DNA of 64,000 nt from Tepidiformaceae bacterium. GTDB taxonomy: Bacteria > Chloroflexota > Dehalococcoidia > Tepidiformales > Tepidiformaceae. The notes beneath the pieces are model-generated. The model ran no database searches. It was not told the origin of the DNA and saw nothing but the letters and a program-made list of their open reading frames with translations. The DNA lies in the NCBI GenBank assembly GCA_039917655.1, contig JBDSJC010000163.1:768-64767 (forward strand). Reading direction: 5' to 3'. Of the stretch, positions 39,850 to 48,639 are shown one piece after another. Both the position numbers and the translations under genes were made by a program. Position 1 is the stretch's first letter, and the number at the start of each line of letters is the position of its first letter.

Positions 39850-40736
39850 TGCGAATCACCGAGCAATCTCGCCTTTCGAACCAGGTCGATTACCTCAACT
39901 CCGCCGCCGAGCGGATGGACCGTATCCAGCAGCAGTTGGCCACTGGCAAGCGTATCGAGCGCGCCAGCGACGACCCGAGCGGCGCGGCACTGGCGCTTTC
40001 GCACCGCAAAGGCATCGCGTTCGAAACGCAGATGCGACGCAATATGGAGAACGGCACGGCCTTCCTCAACGTCACCGAGTCCGCCCTCAATGGTGCGACG
40101 GAGCTCCTCCAGCGGGCCCGCGAACTCTCGGTGCAGGCCGCGAACGGCACGAACGGGCCGTCCGAGCGAGCGTCCATCTCGGCCGAGGTCGGGCAGATCA
40201 TCCAGGGTTTAGCGCAAGTCGGCAACAGCAATTTCGGCGGCGCGTACATCTTCAGCGGCTTCCAAACTCAGACGGCGGCCTTCCAGCTCACCGGCACCCC
40301 TCCCACGGCGATCACCTACCAGGGCGACAGTGGGCAGCGCATGCACCGCATCTCGGCGCAGGACACGGTGGCCACGAACGTCGTCGGCTCAACAGCGTTC
40401 GGATCGATCTTCACGGACCTCATCGCCCTCCGGGACAACCTCAGCGCGAATGCACCGGTGGCCACAATCAGCGCAGGCATAGCGAACATCGATAGCGCCC
40501 TCGACCGCGTGCTACAGGCCCGTGCGGATGTAGGCGCGCGCGTCAACCGCTTTGAGTCATCCAAGACGCGGTCCGAAGATACTGACACCTCGCTCCAGGG
40601 CCTGCGCGCCAACATCGAGGACATTGATCTCGGCGAAACGATCGTGAGGATGACCGCCCAACAGAACGCTCTGCAGGCGGCCCTGGGGGCGATCGGACGC
40701 AACTCCAACAACTCGCTGTTGAACTTCCTGCGCTAG
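39849..40736 (+). CDS. flgL: flagellar hook-associated protein 3 FlgL (flagellin family)
   Basis: 295 aa with MRITEQSR........L......R...QQLATGKRI.RASDDP.GAA.AL and a C-terminal flagellin_C-like DIDLGETIVRMTAQQNALQAAL. Confidence 0.88.
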   Translation: MRITEQSRLSNQVDYLNSAAERMDRIQQQLATGKRIERASDDPSGAALALSHRKGIAFETQMRRNMENGTAFLNVTESALNGATELLQRARELSVQAANGTNGPSERASISAEVGQIIQGLAQVGNSNFGGAYIFSGFQTQTAAFQLTGTPPTAITYQGDSGQRMHRISAQDTVATNVVGSTAFGSIFTDLIALRDNLSANAPVATISAGIANIDSALDRVLQARADVGARVNRFESSKTRSEDTDTSLQGLRANIEDIDLGETIVRMTAQQNALQAALGAIGRNSNNSLLNFLR

Positions 40737-40760
40737 TTCATGGCCGTTAGGCACACTTCC

Positions 40761-41501
40761 CTAAAGTTCGACGGCGACGAACGGGGCCGTGGTCGGCGTT
40801 TTCGCGCCGCCGCTGTCTTCGATCGTCAGCGCCATGGTACCGAACCGTTCGATTGCATCGCCCGCCGCGATCCAGACCCCGCCGGAGCCTTTGCTGAAAA
40901 CGGTGCTCGGTTCGGGCTTTCCATCGCGGATGAACCACGCCTGGTACGCCTTATCCGCCGGGAGCACAGGGAGGTTCGCGACCCACACGAAGGCCTCTCG
41001 CTGGCCGGGCGCTCGTATCAGCGTGACCAATGCGCCGCCCTGCTCACCGTGCGAGCTGGAGGCGGTGCCCTGGGCGAAGGCCTGCACGAGGCTGGCCTGC
41101 CGCCCACTGTCGGTATTCGAAGCTGAACCACCAAACTGGCTGGCGCCGAACACCGCGCCACTGACCAGCAGGACAGCGGCGGCGGCGGCGATTGCCGTGG
41201 CCCACTGCCAGCGCGGGCGGCTCTGAGGAAGGGCGCGAATCGGACGTGGTTCCGCCGCAATCCGTTCCAGCAGGCCAGTTTTCACGGAGGGCTCCGGGAC
41301 GATGTCTTCGACGATCAGCGGCAGCAGCGAGGCGACGCGCTCCATCTGCGAAAGCTCGGCCGAGCAATCCACACAGGTTGCCAGATGGGCGTGCGCTTCC
41401 GCGGCTTCGCCCTCAGGGAGCACGCCGAGGGCGAGCTCCGCCAGGAGGTCCAACGGATGTTCGAAATTCTCAGTCAACCGCCACCAAGCCTTGAGTCTCA
41501 A
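40761..41501 (-). CDS. anti-sigma factor (zf-HC2 N-domain, single TM, RskA-type C-terminal domain)
   Basis: It contains HLATCVDCSAEL (an H-x3-C-x2-C motif), a central TM (WATAIAAAAAVLLVSGAVFG) and the C-terminus YQAWFIRDGKPEPSTVF...ALTIEDSGG. It overlaps the upstream sigma gene. The exact start is uncertain (TTG 41501 or TTG ~41476). Confidence 0.75.
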   Translation of the reverse strand: MRLKAWWRLTENFEHPLDLLAELALGVLPEGEAAEAHAHLATCVDCSAELSQMERVASLLPLIVEDIVPEPSVKTGLLERIAAEPRPIRALPQSRPRWQWATAIAAAAAVLLVSGAVFGASQFGGSASNTDSGRQASLVQAFAQGTASSSHGEQGGALVTLIRAPGQREAFVWVANLPVLPADKAYQAWFIRDGKPEPSTVFSKGSGGVWIAAGDAIERFGTMALTIEDSGGAKTPTTAPFVAVEL

Positions 41502-42045
41502 GGACGCCGCCGAGCTTTAAGAGCCCGAGCCGCAGACGGCTGCGCACCGTTGGCGCGGGCACCCCGAGGATGTTGCCGACCTCCTGGCTGGAGAGGCCGT
41601 GGAAGTACACCAATTCGATTGCGCTCCGCTGTTCGCTGTTGAGCGCCTTGAGCGCTTCGCGGACTTGCGCGCCGAGGATTGCCCGTTCGGCGGTCACGTC
41701 AGTCCGTTCGGAATCCGCGAGATCCAACGCGCCGTCCATGGTGGGCAGTTGAGGGACTCGCCGCCGCCGTCTGCGCAACTCGTCCAGGCAGAGATTGCGG
41801 GTGATCGATAGCACCCAGCTGCCGACGCCCGCCTTCGCCCGGTCGTATTGCCCGGCGTTGCGCCAGACGCGGACGAACGTCTCCTGGACAGCTTCCTCCG
41901 AGTCTCCCTCTGCCCCCAGGATGCGAAGCGAGAAGGCGAAACACTGCCGGTGGAACCGATCGTAGAGCACCGAGAGGGCCGCATCTTGACCGGCCGCGAT
42001 GGCGAACACGAGGTCGGTGTCTTCTGCCAGCGAATAGTCACTCAT
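41470..42045 (-). CDS. ECF-type RNA polymerase sigma-70 family factor (SigK-like)
   Basis: Region 2 contains LYDRFHRQCFAFSLRILG...EEAVQETFVRVWRNAGQYD. Region 4 contains SQEVGNILGVPAPTVRSRLRLGL. Confidence 0.88.
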   Translation of the reverse strand: MSDYSLAEDTDLVFAIAAGQDAALSVLYDRFHRQCFAFSLRILGAEGDSEEAVQETFVRVWRNAGQYDRAKAGVGSWVLSITRNLCLDELRRRRRRVPQLPTMDGALDLADSERTDVTAERAILGAQVREALKALNSEQRSAIELVYFHGLSSQEVGNILGVPAPTVRSRLRLGLLKLGGVLETQGLVAVD

Positions 42046-42130
42046 TCACCCAATCTACGTGGTTGGCGGCCCTTCTGATCACCGGCAAGCTTGCAATCTG
42101 TAAACAAATCAGGAGCCTTGTGTGCAGACT

Positions 42131-42364
42131 CTACGCGAGCGCATCGTTGGTTGTAAGGAGTGCCTTGAGGCTTTCGATCGACTCGACCGGCCTCGGCCCG
42201 AGCGTGTCGAGGGCATCGATCACGTCGTCGTTGGCGTTCTGCGCGTAGGCCAGGTCCACAAGGTCTCCGCGGTTTGGCGTGAGACCCTGGTCGAACCAGT
42301 CTTTCACGAGAGTCTCAACGTCAGACCAGTTTGCTTTTGCCACGGGAACTCCTTCGCGGGCCAA
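42131..42364 (-). CDS. DUF2795 domain-containing protein
   Basis: 77 aa. The pattern NRGDLVDLAYAQNANDDVIDALDTLGPRPVESIESL fits DUF2795 (K..L...A...GA.D.V...L..L....). Confidence 0.6.
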   Translation of the reverse strand: MAREGVPVAKANWSDVETLVKDWFDQGLTPNRGDLVDLAYAQNANDDVIDALDTLGPRPVESIESLKALLTTNDALA

Positions 42365-42403
42365 CCAGGCCTGCTGTGTGAGCCTTCGTTGATAGCATCC
42401 GGC

Positions 42404-43087
42404 TCAGCGGAAGAGTTCGCCCTTTGGCGGCGCGTCGTAGTTGATGTACGGCGGCCACAGGGTCTCGAGTTCCGCGCGAATCGGGTCGCCGTCCGGCAGG
42501 TAACGGTGGAACTGCGGTTCCACGTCCCGCCGCGCCCAGCCCTTGCCGATCGTGTCCTTCTTAATTTTGTCCTGGAGCAGCATGATCCCGGTGAGCAGTG
42601 ATTCTGGCCGTGGCGGGCACCCCGGGACGTACACATCAACGGGTAGCAGTGTGTTCACGCCCGGCGTAACGCTGTAGGCGTAAGCAAAAGGGCCACCCAT
42701 GATCGCGCAGCCGCCCATGGCCAGCGCCCACTTCGGCTCGGGCATCTGCAGCCAGATTCGGCGCACCGCCGGCGCCATCTTCCAGGTTACCGTGCCGGGC
42801 ACGATCAACAGATCGGCCTGCCGTGGGGAAGCGCGGAAGATCTCGGCGCCGAAGCGCGCGAGGTCGTACCGCGGCGTCACCGTCGCGATCATCTCCATGG
42901 CGCAGCAGGCGAGCCCGAACATCGCTGGCCAGAGCGAAGAACGCCGCGCCCAGTTGAGCACCTGGTCAACGCTGGTTACAAGGACGTTCTGCTGGACTTC
43001 TTCCTCAACAGCACTGTTGAGGGAGAGGAGTGGAAGCGGCTGGTAGACCCTGTTCGTCTGCTCGACCATGTTCGTGCAGTCTATCAC
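42404..43087 (-). CDS. nuoB: NADH-quinone oxidoreductase subunit B family protein (orphan copy)
   Basis: It contains [38 protein letters not shown] and VPGCPPRPE, so all four N2-cluster Cys are present. No other nuo genes are in the window. The start codon is uncertain. Confidence 0.85.
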   Translation of the reverse strand: MIDCTNMVEQTNRVYQPLPLLSLNSAVEEEVQQNVLVTSVDQVLNWARRSSLWPAMFGLACCAMEMIATVTPRYDLARFGAEIFRASPRQADLLIVPGTVTWKMAPAVRRIWLQMPEPKWALAMGGCAIMGGPFAYAYSVTPGVNTLLPVDVYVPGCPPRPESLLTGIMLLQDKIKKDTIGKGWARRDVEPQFHRYLPDGDPIRAELETLWPPYINYDAPPKGELFR

Positions 43088-43135
43088 AAGCCCCGCGACG
43101 GTTCGCGAGTGGGGCCAGGGATGGACAGCTCTCCT

Positions 43136-43339
43136 TTAGCGGCGGCTCATGTGCATCTGGCCGTCGTTGATCGGCTCGTCGATGTAGAGCTCGCCGTTGC
43201 GGATTTTGATGTTGTAGCCGCAGTCCGGATTCGTGCAGACCCACGCCTTGAAATGGATCGGAGCGCCCTGGCTACCGAAATCCGAGAACGGCACCAGATC
43301 ACCATCATCACACTTACGACATTTCGGAAACTGATACAT
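43136..43339 (-). CDS. small Cys-rich (zinc-ribbon-like) hypothetical protein
   Basis: The product is MYQFPKCRKCDDGDLVPF...WVCTNPDCGY. AAGGGGAG lies 6 nt upstream of the second ATG. The ORF track starts two codons earlier, at 43345. Confidence 0.5.
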   Translation of the reverse strand: MYQFPKCRKCDDGDLVPFSDFGSQGAPIHFKAWVCTNPDCGYNIKIRNGELYIDEPINDGQMHMSRR

Positions 43340-43423
43340 CCCCATCTCCCCTTGCAGCGCCGGAATACTACCAGCCGGTCTTTACGGGAGCAATTCGGCG
43401 CAGGGCGAAGGGAGCGGGTGGGG

Positions 43424-44296
43424 CTATTCCTGGATGTCGCGGCGCTGAAACCGCCAGAAGACCGTGAGCACGAAGATGGCGATCCAGATGGCGAGCACGA
43501 CGCCCCCCCGCCACACCGGTGGACCGGTATCGGGGATCGAAAATGGGCCGCCTTCCCCGCTGCGGCCAAGCACCCCGTTCGCGCGCATCACGGCATCGCC
43601 GTTGATGTTGAACAGCGCCTCTGGCACGTGCGAAAGGAAGCCCCGAGCGTTGTTCAGCAGGCTGGTGAAGATCCCTTCGATGAAGTAGAAGCCCAACGAA
43701 GCGCCGACCGCCTGGCCAGCGGAACGCCACTGCGTGGCGAAGACCAGCGACATAAAGACGAAGGGGAGGATCACGAAGCTGGTCCGCCCCGCACTCGCAA
43801 AGATGTCCACGACTCGGGCCGCGCTGAACGTGCCAAAGGGAAGCTGATAGAGCTGGCTGAACCATGCGCTGCAGATCATCGCCACGATGAAGCAGAGCGC
43901 CACCGTCAGCAGCGTGAACGCGAGGCTCGAAACGACCTTCGCAAAGATGAAGTGCCAGCGCTTTACGCCCCGTCCGGTAACCACCCCGACGGTTCGCCAG
44001 TCGTATTCGTTGCCCATCATGGTGCCGGTGAAGATCACGCAGACCAGCGTCGCAAAGAATCGTTCGAGCGCGAAGCCGTAAGGCACAACGTTCTTGAACG
44101 ACATGCCGTCCTTGAGCGCCAACAGACGCACCAATCCGTTGACGCCGGGGTCCGGTCCGTCGCGGATACGCAGCCAGAGGATGACGTAGAAGAGGGCGGT
44201 TAGCCCCATGGCGGCGGCGAGCAGGATGTAGGTCATCCGGCGGTGGGAGACTTTGAACCACTCAGCGCGAAGGGCGTCAGCCATGGGCCGGCTCAC
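43424..44296 (-). CDS. ABC-2 type transporter permease
   Basis: 290 aa with about six hydrophobic segments. The N-terminus ALRAEWFKV....MTYILL is typical of ABC-2 permeases. It overlaps the upstream ATPase gene. An alternative start ATG lies at 44284. Confidence 0.75.
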   Translation of the reverse strand: MSRPMADALRAEWFKVSHRRMTYILLAAAMGLTALFYVILWLRIRDGPDPGVNGLVRLLALKDGMSFKNVVPYGFALERFFATLVCVIFTGTMMGNEYDWRTVGVVTGRGVKRWHFIFAKVVSSLAFTLLTVALCFIVAMICSAWFSQLYQLPFGTFSAARVVDIFASAGRTSFVILPFVFMSLVFATQWRSAGQAVGASLGFYFIEGIFTSLLNNARGFLSHVPEALFNINGDAVMRANGVLGRSGEGGPFSIPDTGPPVWRGGVVLAIWIAIFVLTVFWRFQRRDIQE

Positions 44297-45191
44297 CGGT
44301 CAGTTCGAAGAAAACATCTTCGAGACTGGTGCGGATCGGGCGGATCACTGAAGCGTACTGCCCGCCCGCGGACAGCAGCCGGTTAATCGCTTCCCCCTGC
44401 TCGCCGGCGCCCTCGATCAGGAGTACGCCGTCGGATCGCGAAAGGCTCGCGGCCCATTGCGAACCGCGCAGAAGTGCCTCGCTCGCCGCCATGTCCGGAA
44501 CGCGAATCTCAAGCCGGGTGCGCGTCCCAATCAGGTCCTTAGTCCGCCCTTGCGCAACGACTCGCCCCTTCTGAAAGATGGTCACCGCGTCGCAAACCTG
44601 CTCCACCTCATAGAGCAGGTGGCTGCAGAGGACGATCGTGCGGCCTTCGGCGGCCAACTCCGGGATCAGGGCGCGCACTTCTCGGGTGCCCTGGGGGTCC
44701 AACCCGTTCGTCGGTTCGTCCAGAACGATCAACTCAGGGTCGTTGAGGATCGCCGCGGCGATGCCCAGGCGTTGCTTCATCCCGAGCGAGTAGTTCTTGA
44801 ACCGCCGGTGCGCCGCCTCGGAGAGGTTCACGCGTTCGAGAGTGTGTTCGATGGTCGAGTTCGTGGGGCCGGGTGTGTACTTCGCCAGCAGCTTGAGGTT
44901 GTCGCGACCGGAAAGGTACGGCACGAAGGCGGGCGTTTCGACTACCGCCCCGACACGTTTGAGCAGAGACGAGGAGTCGTGCTTCAGCGGCTTGCCGAAG
45001 AGCTTCACTTCGCCCTTATCCGGCTTCGCCAGCCCAAGCAGCATTCGAACCGTGGTTGATTTGCCCGATCCGTTGGGTCCAAGCGCGCCATACACGCGCC
45101 CGCGTTCCACCACCAGGTCCACCTGATCGACGGCCACAACCTCGCCGTATGCCTTCCGCAGCCCGTGGGCCTCAATGACGTAGTCAGGCAT
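44277..45191 (-). CDS. ABC transporter ATP-binding protein
   Basis: Walker A is GPNGSGKST, the signature is YSLGMKQRLGIA, and Walker B is LIVLDEPTNGLD. Confidence 0.92.
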   Translation of the reverse strand: MPDYVIEAHGLRKAYGEVVAVDQVDLVVERGRVYGALGPNGSGKSTTVRMLLGLAKPDKGEVKLFGKPLKHDSSSLLKRVGAVVETPAFVPYLSGRDNLKLLAKYTPGPTNSTIEHTLERVNLSEAAHRRFKNYSLGMKQRLGIAAAILNDPELIVLDEPTNGLDPQGTREVRALIPELAAEGRTIVLCSHLLYEVEQVCDAVTIFQKGRVVAQGRTKDLIGTRTRLEIRVPDMAASEALLRGSQWAASLSRSDGVLLIEGAGEQGEAINRLLSAGGQYASVIRPIRTSLEDVFFELTGEPAHG

Positions 45192-45215
45192 GCGGTGGTC
45201 TCAGGGGGTGGTTTC

Positions 45216-45677
45216 TCACGAGGAGGCAGCGGCCTTTTCGGCTGCTTTCAAGTCGTGTTCAAGCAGCTTGAAGTCTGACTCCGGGATCTCGTGCAGATTG
45301 CCCTGGTAGGCGAGCGTCCAGTTTGCCCGCGGCCATTTCTGCGTCCATTCGAACCGGTCGTGGTATGGCTCGGCGTCCAGCCAGTGCGATTCGCCGGGAG
45401 TGACCACGGGCTCGATATCCGCGCGGTAGGGGTACAACTCGTCTGGCTTCTTGGAATTGTGCCAGATGCGAGTGCGCTCTTCGGCGACGTTCGAGGTGAC
45501 CCGCGCAATCGCGCCAAACTGCTTCTTGCCAGTGATGTAAAAGGCGAGCAGATCTCCCGGTACGATCTTGTGCGCCATCACCCGCCGGGTGCTCTTGAAA
45601 CCCTGTCGCGTAAAACCCATCTCGCGCGTTTTTTCGAACACTTCAGGTCCGCCGACGACAATCCAATAACGTGGCAT
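45216..45677 (-). CDS. EVE (PUA-like) domain-containing protein
   Basis: 153 aa. The pattern MPRYWIVVG....F.........GF.......M..I.PGDLLAFY..G...F.AIARV.S fits an EVE/PUA-like fold. Confidence 0.6.
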   Translation of the reverse strand: MPRYWIVVGGPEVFEKTREMGFTRQGFKSTRRVMAHKIVPGDLLAFYITGKKQFGAIARVTSNVAEERTRIWHNSKKPDELYPYRADIEPVVTPGESHWLDAEPYHDRFEWTQKWPRANWTLAYQGNLHEIPESDFKLLEHDLKAAEKAAASS

Positions 45678-45789
45678 GTGCCCTCCAATGTTGACAGACG
45701 AAAGGGAAAGACCGCGATTAGGTTCCCGATCCCCTCCGTTCCATGTGATATTCGCAGGGGCCGCCCGCCGCTGAGCCGAGTCGAGACGT

Positions 45790-46902
45790 TTAGGATGCGA
45801 GCCGCGGAGACCAGTGCCCGGTGTTCCCGCGAATGAGCACGTCGGGGGGCAGCTGCTCCACTAGCACATCTGAGAGGCGGAGCGCGTCGGTCATCGAGCG
45901 ATTGCCGAGGCCCCCGATCGCTGGCAGGCCGTCGCCGCCAATGAGCGTGGGGGCGACATAAGCCCACACTTCGTCCGCATGACTGCCCGTCAGCAAGGAA
46001 CCGAGCAGAGTCCCGCCACCCTCCGCCCAGATCGAGCCCACATTCCTCTGGCCGAGGGCTGAGAGCAGTTGGCCGAGGTTGACTCCGCGCTCCTCCGCTT
46101 CGCATTCGATGAGCGTTGCCCCTCGGCCAACCATCGCCTGCCTCCAATCGCGCGGCGCCGCCTGGGAAGTCGCGATGATCACTGTGCCCGGCTGACCGAA
46201 GAGCGCCGCCCCGGCTGCTGTGCGTCCCCGCGAGTCAAGGATGATTCTCACGGGCTGCCGCGCCGCCAGTTCGCCGCCGGGCCGGGCGGTGAGCGAGGGG
46301 TCATCGGAGAGCACTGTGCCGCTGCCGATCATCACTGCGTCCACCCACGCCCTTTGCTGGTGTGAGTGCTCGCGAGCTGCTTGGCCCGTGATCCACTTGG
46401 AATCTCCGTTGATGGTGGCCGTGCGGCCATCAAGGCTCGCCGCGAACTTGGTGATCACATACGGGAGACCTGTCTGGGTGTGTTTCAAGAACGGCCGGAT
46501 CAACTGTACGGCGTCTTCGCGCCCATCGCCGACCTCCGCCGTGATGCCCGCTTCGCGAAGCATCGCCACGCCGCGGCCAGCGACCCTGGGGTCGGGGTCC
46601 AGCATCGCGACCACGACTCGCCGGACGCCTGACTCGACAATCGCCTGGGCGCAGGACGGGGTGCGCTTGCCCTCGAACGGGGCGCATGGCTCGAGCGTCA
46701 CGTACAGTTCCGCACCACGGGCGTCTTGACCGCGCAGGGCGGCAGCTTCGGCGTGGTCACCGCCGGGTGGGGAGGTCGCGCGTTGAGCGATAACGTCATC
46801 CCCACGCACAAGCACCGCCCCCACCCAGGGGTTCGAAACGGTGATTCCGCGCGCGGAAGCGGCGGCTTCGAGGGCGAGCTGCATGAAACGAGAAGGCGCC
46901 AC
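45790..46902 (-). CDS. ribD: bifunctional diaminohydroxyphosphoribosylaminopyrimidine deaminase / 5-amino-6-(5-phosphoribosylamino)uracil reductase
   Basis: The deaminase domain contains NPWVGAVLV, HAEAAAL and YVTLEPCAPFEGKRTPSCA. The reductase domain contains ITKFAASLDGR, and the C-terminus contains GGGTLLGSLL. Confidence 0.92.
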   Translation of the reverse strand: MAPSRFMQLALEAAASARGITVSNPWVGAVLVRGDDVIAQRATSPPGGDHAEAAALRGQDARGAELYVTLEPCAPFEGKRTPSCAQAIVESGVRRVVVAMLDPDPRVAGRGVAMLREAGITAEVGDGREDAVQLIRPFLKHTQTGLPYVITKFAASLDGRTATINGDSKWITGQAAREHSHQQRAWVDAVMIGSGTVLSDDPSLTARPGGELAARQPVRIILDSRGRTAAGAALFGQPGTVIIATSQAAPRDWRQAMVGRGATLIECEAEERGVNLGQLLSALGQRNVGSIWAEGGGTLLGSLLTGSHADEVWAYVAPTLIGGDGLPAIGGLGNRSMTDALRLSDVLVEQLPPDVLIRGNTGHWSPRLAS

Positions 46903-46939
46903 GCCCCCAAGTCTAGCGAGCGGGGTTCGCTACTGGCAG

Positions 46940-47725
46940 CTACCGCGCGATCAGCGGTGCGCCTCCGAGGTGCGCGCCGGCGTCGACGATCAGTATCTCG
47001 CCGGTAATCAGGTCCGCCCCCTCCACAAACCAGACGGCCGCCTGCGCCATATCCTCGGGAGTGCCGGCCTTGCGCAATGGCGTGTTGCGTTCCTGCGCCG
47101 CTTTGGCCGCCTCGTACACATCGTCGCCCATCCCGCCACGCAGCCAACGGCCCTGGATGAAGCCCGGGCAGATGGTGTTGACACGGATTTCGGGGCCTAG
47201 CGCCCTGGCGAGCGAGAGGGTCATCGTGTTCAACGCGCCTTTCGATGCGGTATAGGCGATCGAGCTGCCTACTCCCATCACGCCGGCAATCGACGAGACG
47301 TTCACAATTGCGCCGCGGCCCGCAGCTTTCATGTGCGGCGTGACGGCGCGGGTCATCTGGAACGGCCCGATCACGTTGACGGCGTAGATCCGCTGGAAGT
47401 CCTCGGCGTCGAGACCTTCAAGGTCCGCGTGGTTGACGAACTGCGTGGTGCCTGCGTTGTTGATAAGCGCGTCTATCCGGCCCCACTTCTCGAACGCGGC
47501 GGCGGCCATCCGCCGACAATCTTCGTCCTTCGAAACGTCCGCCTGACAGAGCATCACCTCCACGCCTAGCGCCTCGCATGCCGCCGCGGATTGCTTCGCC
47601 TCGGCCTCGCTCTTCGTGTAGTTGATGACCACGTTGCAGCCTTTACCCGCCAGCATCTTCGCCGCCGCTGCGCCAACCCCCGTCGCCGAACCGGTGACGA
47701 TCGTCACTCCGCCTTTGATCTCCAT
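46940..47725 (-). CDS. SDR family oxidoreductase (FabG-like)
   Basis: Internal start MEIKGGVTIVTGSATGVGAAAAKML (TGxxxGxG). It contains NNAG and S...Y.ASK catalytic motifs. Confidence 0.88.
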   Translation of the reverse strand: MEIKGGVTIVTGSATGVGAAAAKMLAGKGCNVVINYTKSEAEAKQSAAACEALGVEVMLCQADVSKDEDCRRMAAAAFEKWGRIDALINNAGTTQFVNHADLEGLDAEDFQRIYAVNVIGPFQMTRAVTPHMKAAGRGAIVNVSSIAGVMGVGSSIAYTASKGALNTMTLSLARALGPEIRVNTICPGFIQGRWLRGGMGDDVYEAAKAAQERNTPLRKAGTPEDMAQAAVWFVEGADLITGEILIVDAGAHLGGAPLIAR

Positions 47726-47830
47726 CAATGTGCCTGCCTTCTGCCTTGGTGGCCGAAGTCTACCCGTAGCGGCGGCGCGCGGCACGTCAACCGGTGTGAG
47801 CGCGGAGAGCGATTCGTATACACTCCAGCG

Positions 47831-48568
47831 ATGTCCCGCTGGCAGCGTCACGGAGAACAACGATCGATGCCGGTGGGCGTGGAACGCGGCCGCGATGGCT
47901 TCGCATCGGCCTGGGCCCTTGACCTCCCCGGCTGCTACGCCCTCATCCCCCCGGGCGTAGACGTGATCGAGCGCATGAACATCGCCATGCTCGAATTCAC
48001 CACATGGGCCCACCATCGTTCCGCCGACCGTGCAGTCATCGACGATAACTCCCTCCAGATCGTCCAGACGGTCGATACCGGTGACGACCTGCGGGGGGGC
48101 GACAGCACGGCTTTCTTCGTTCACGATGCCGAGCCTCCCGGCCCGAAGGAGTTCCCGCTCTGGGCCAACCCGCACGACCGCGCCCTCGATGAACTCCGGG
48201 ACCTCGCACTGTCCCTCCCCGCGGCGCTTCAGGACCACCGTCTGGATGCGGAAGGCAGAACGCTCATCGGCGTTGTCCAACACTGCGCCGCCACCGAGCG
48301 GTTCTACGCGGGCCAACTCCGGGAAGGCGGCATGCCGGCCCCCAGGGGTGGCCCGGACCCCTCTCTGCGCGAACTACAGGACGCGCACATGTGGATGCAA
48401 CAGGTGGTCTGCGACGTGCCCCCGGCCCTGCGCGTCAAACGAGCGTCGTCCGCCCTGCACGAATTTGAGGAGTGGTCGGTGCGCAAAGTCATGCGCCGCT
48501 CCATCTGGCACCTTCGCTATCACACCTGGGAGTTGCGCCGGGCGATCGGCGGGATCTGGCTCGATTGA
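47831..48568 (+). CDS. HicB-like (UPF0150) N-domain fused to DinB-like C-domain protein
   Basis: GFASAWALDLPGCYALIPPGVDVIERMNIAMLEF resembles the HicB/UPF0150 DLPGC motif. The C-terminal part has DinB-like helices with His (HCAATERFYAGQ, IWHLRYHTWEL). The start is uncertain (47831 or 47867). Confidence 0.5.
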   Translation: MSRWQRHGEQRSMPVGVERGRDGFASAWALDLPGCYALIPPGVDVIERMNIAMLEFTTWAHHRSADRAVIDDNSLQIVQTVDTGDDLRGGDSTAFFVHDAEPPGPKEFPLWANPHDRALDELRDLALSLPAALQDHRLDAEGRTLIGVVQHCAATERFYAGQLREGGMPAPRGGPDPSLRELQDAHMWMQQVVCDVPPALRVKRASSALHEFEEWSVRKVMRRSIWHLRYHTWELRRAIGGIWLD

Positions 48569-48639
48569 GCCGGCCATCCCGTTTGACACCGGTTTACCGC
48601 TCGGAAACAATCCCGGTGCTTGAGAAAGTGGAGGCGACC

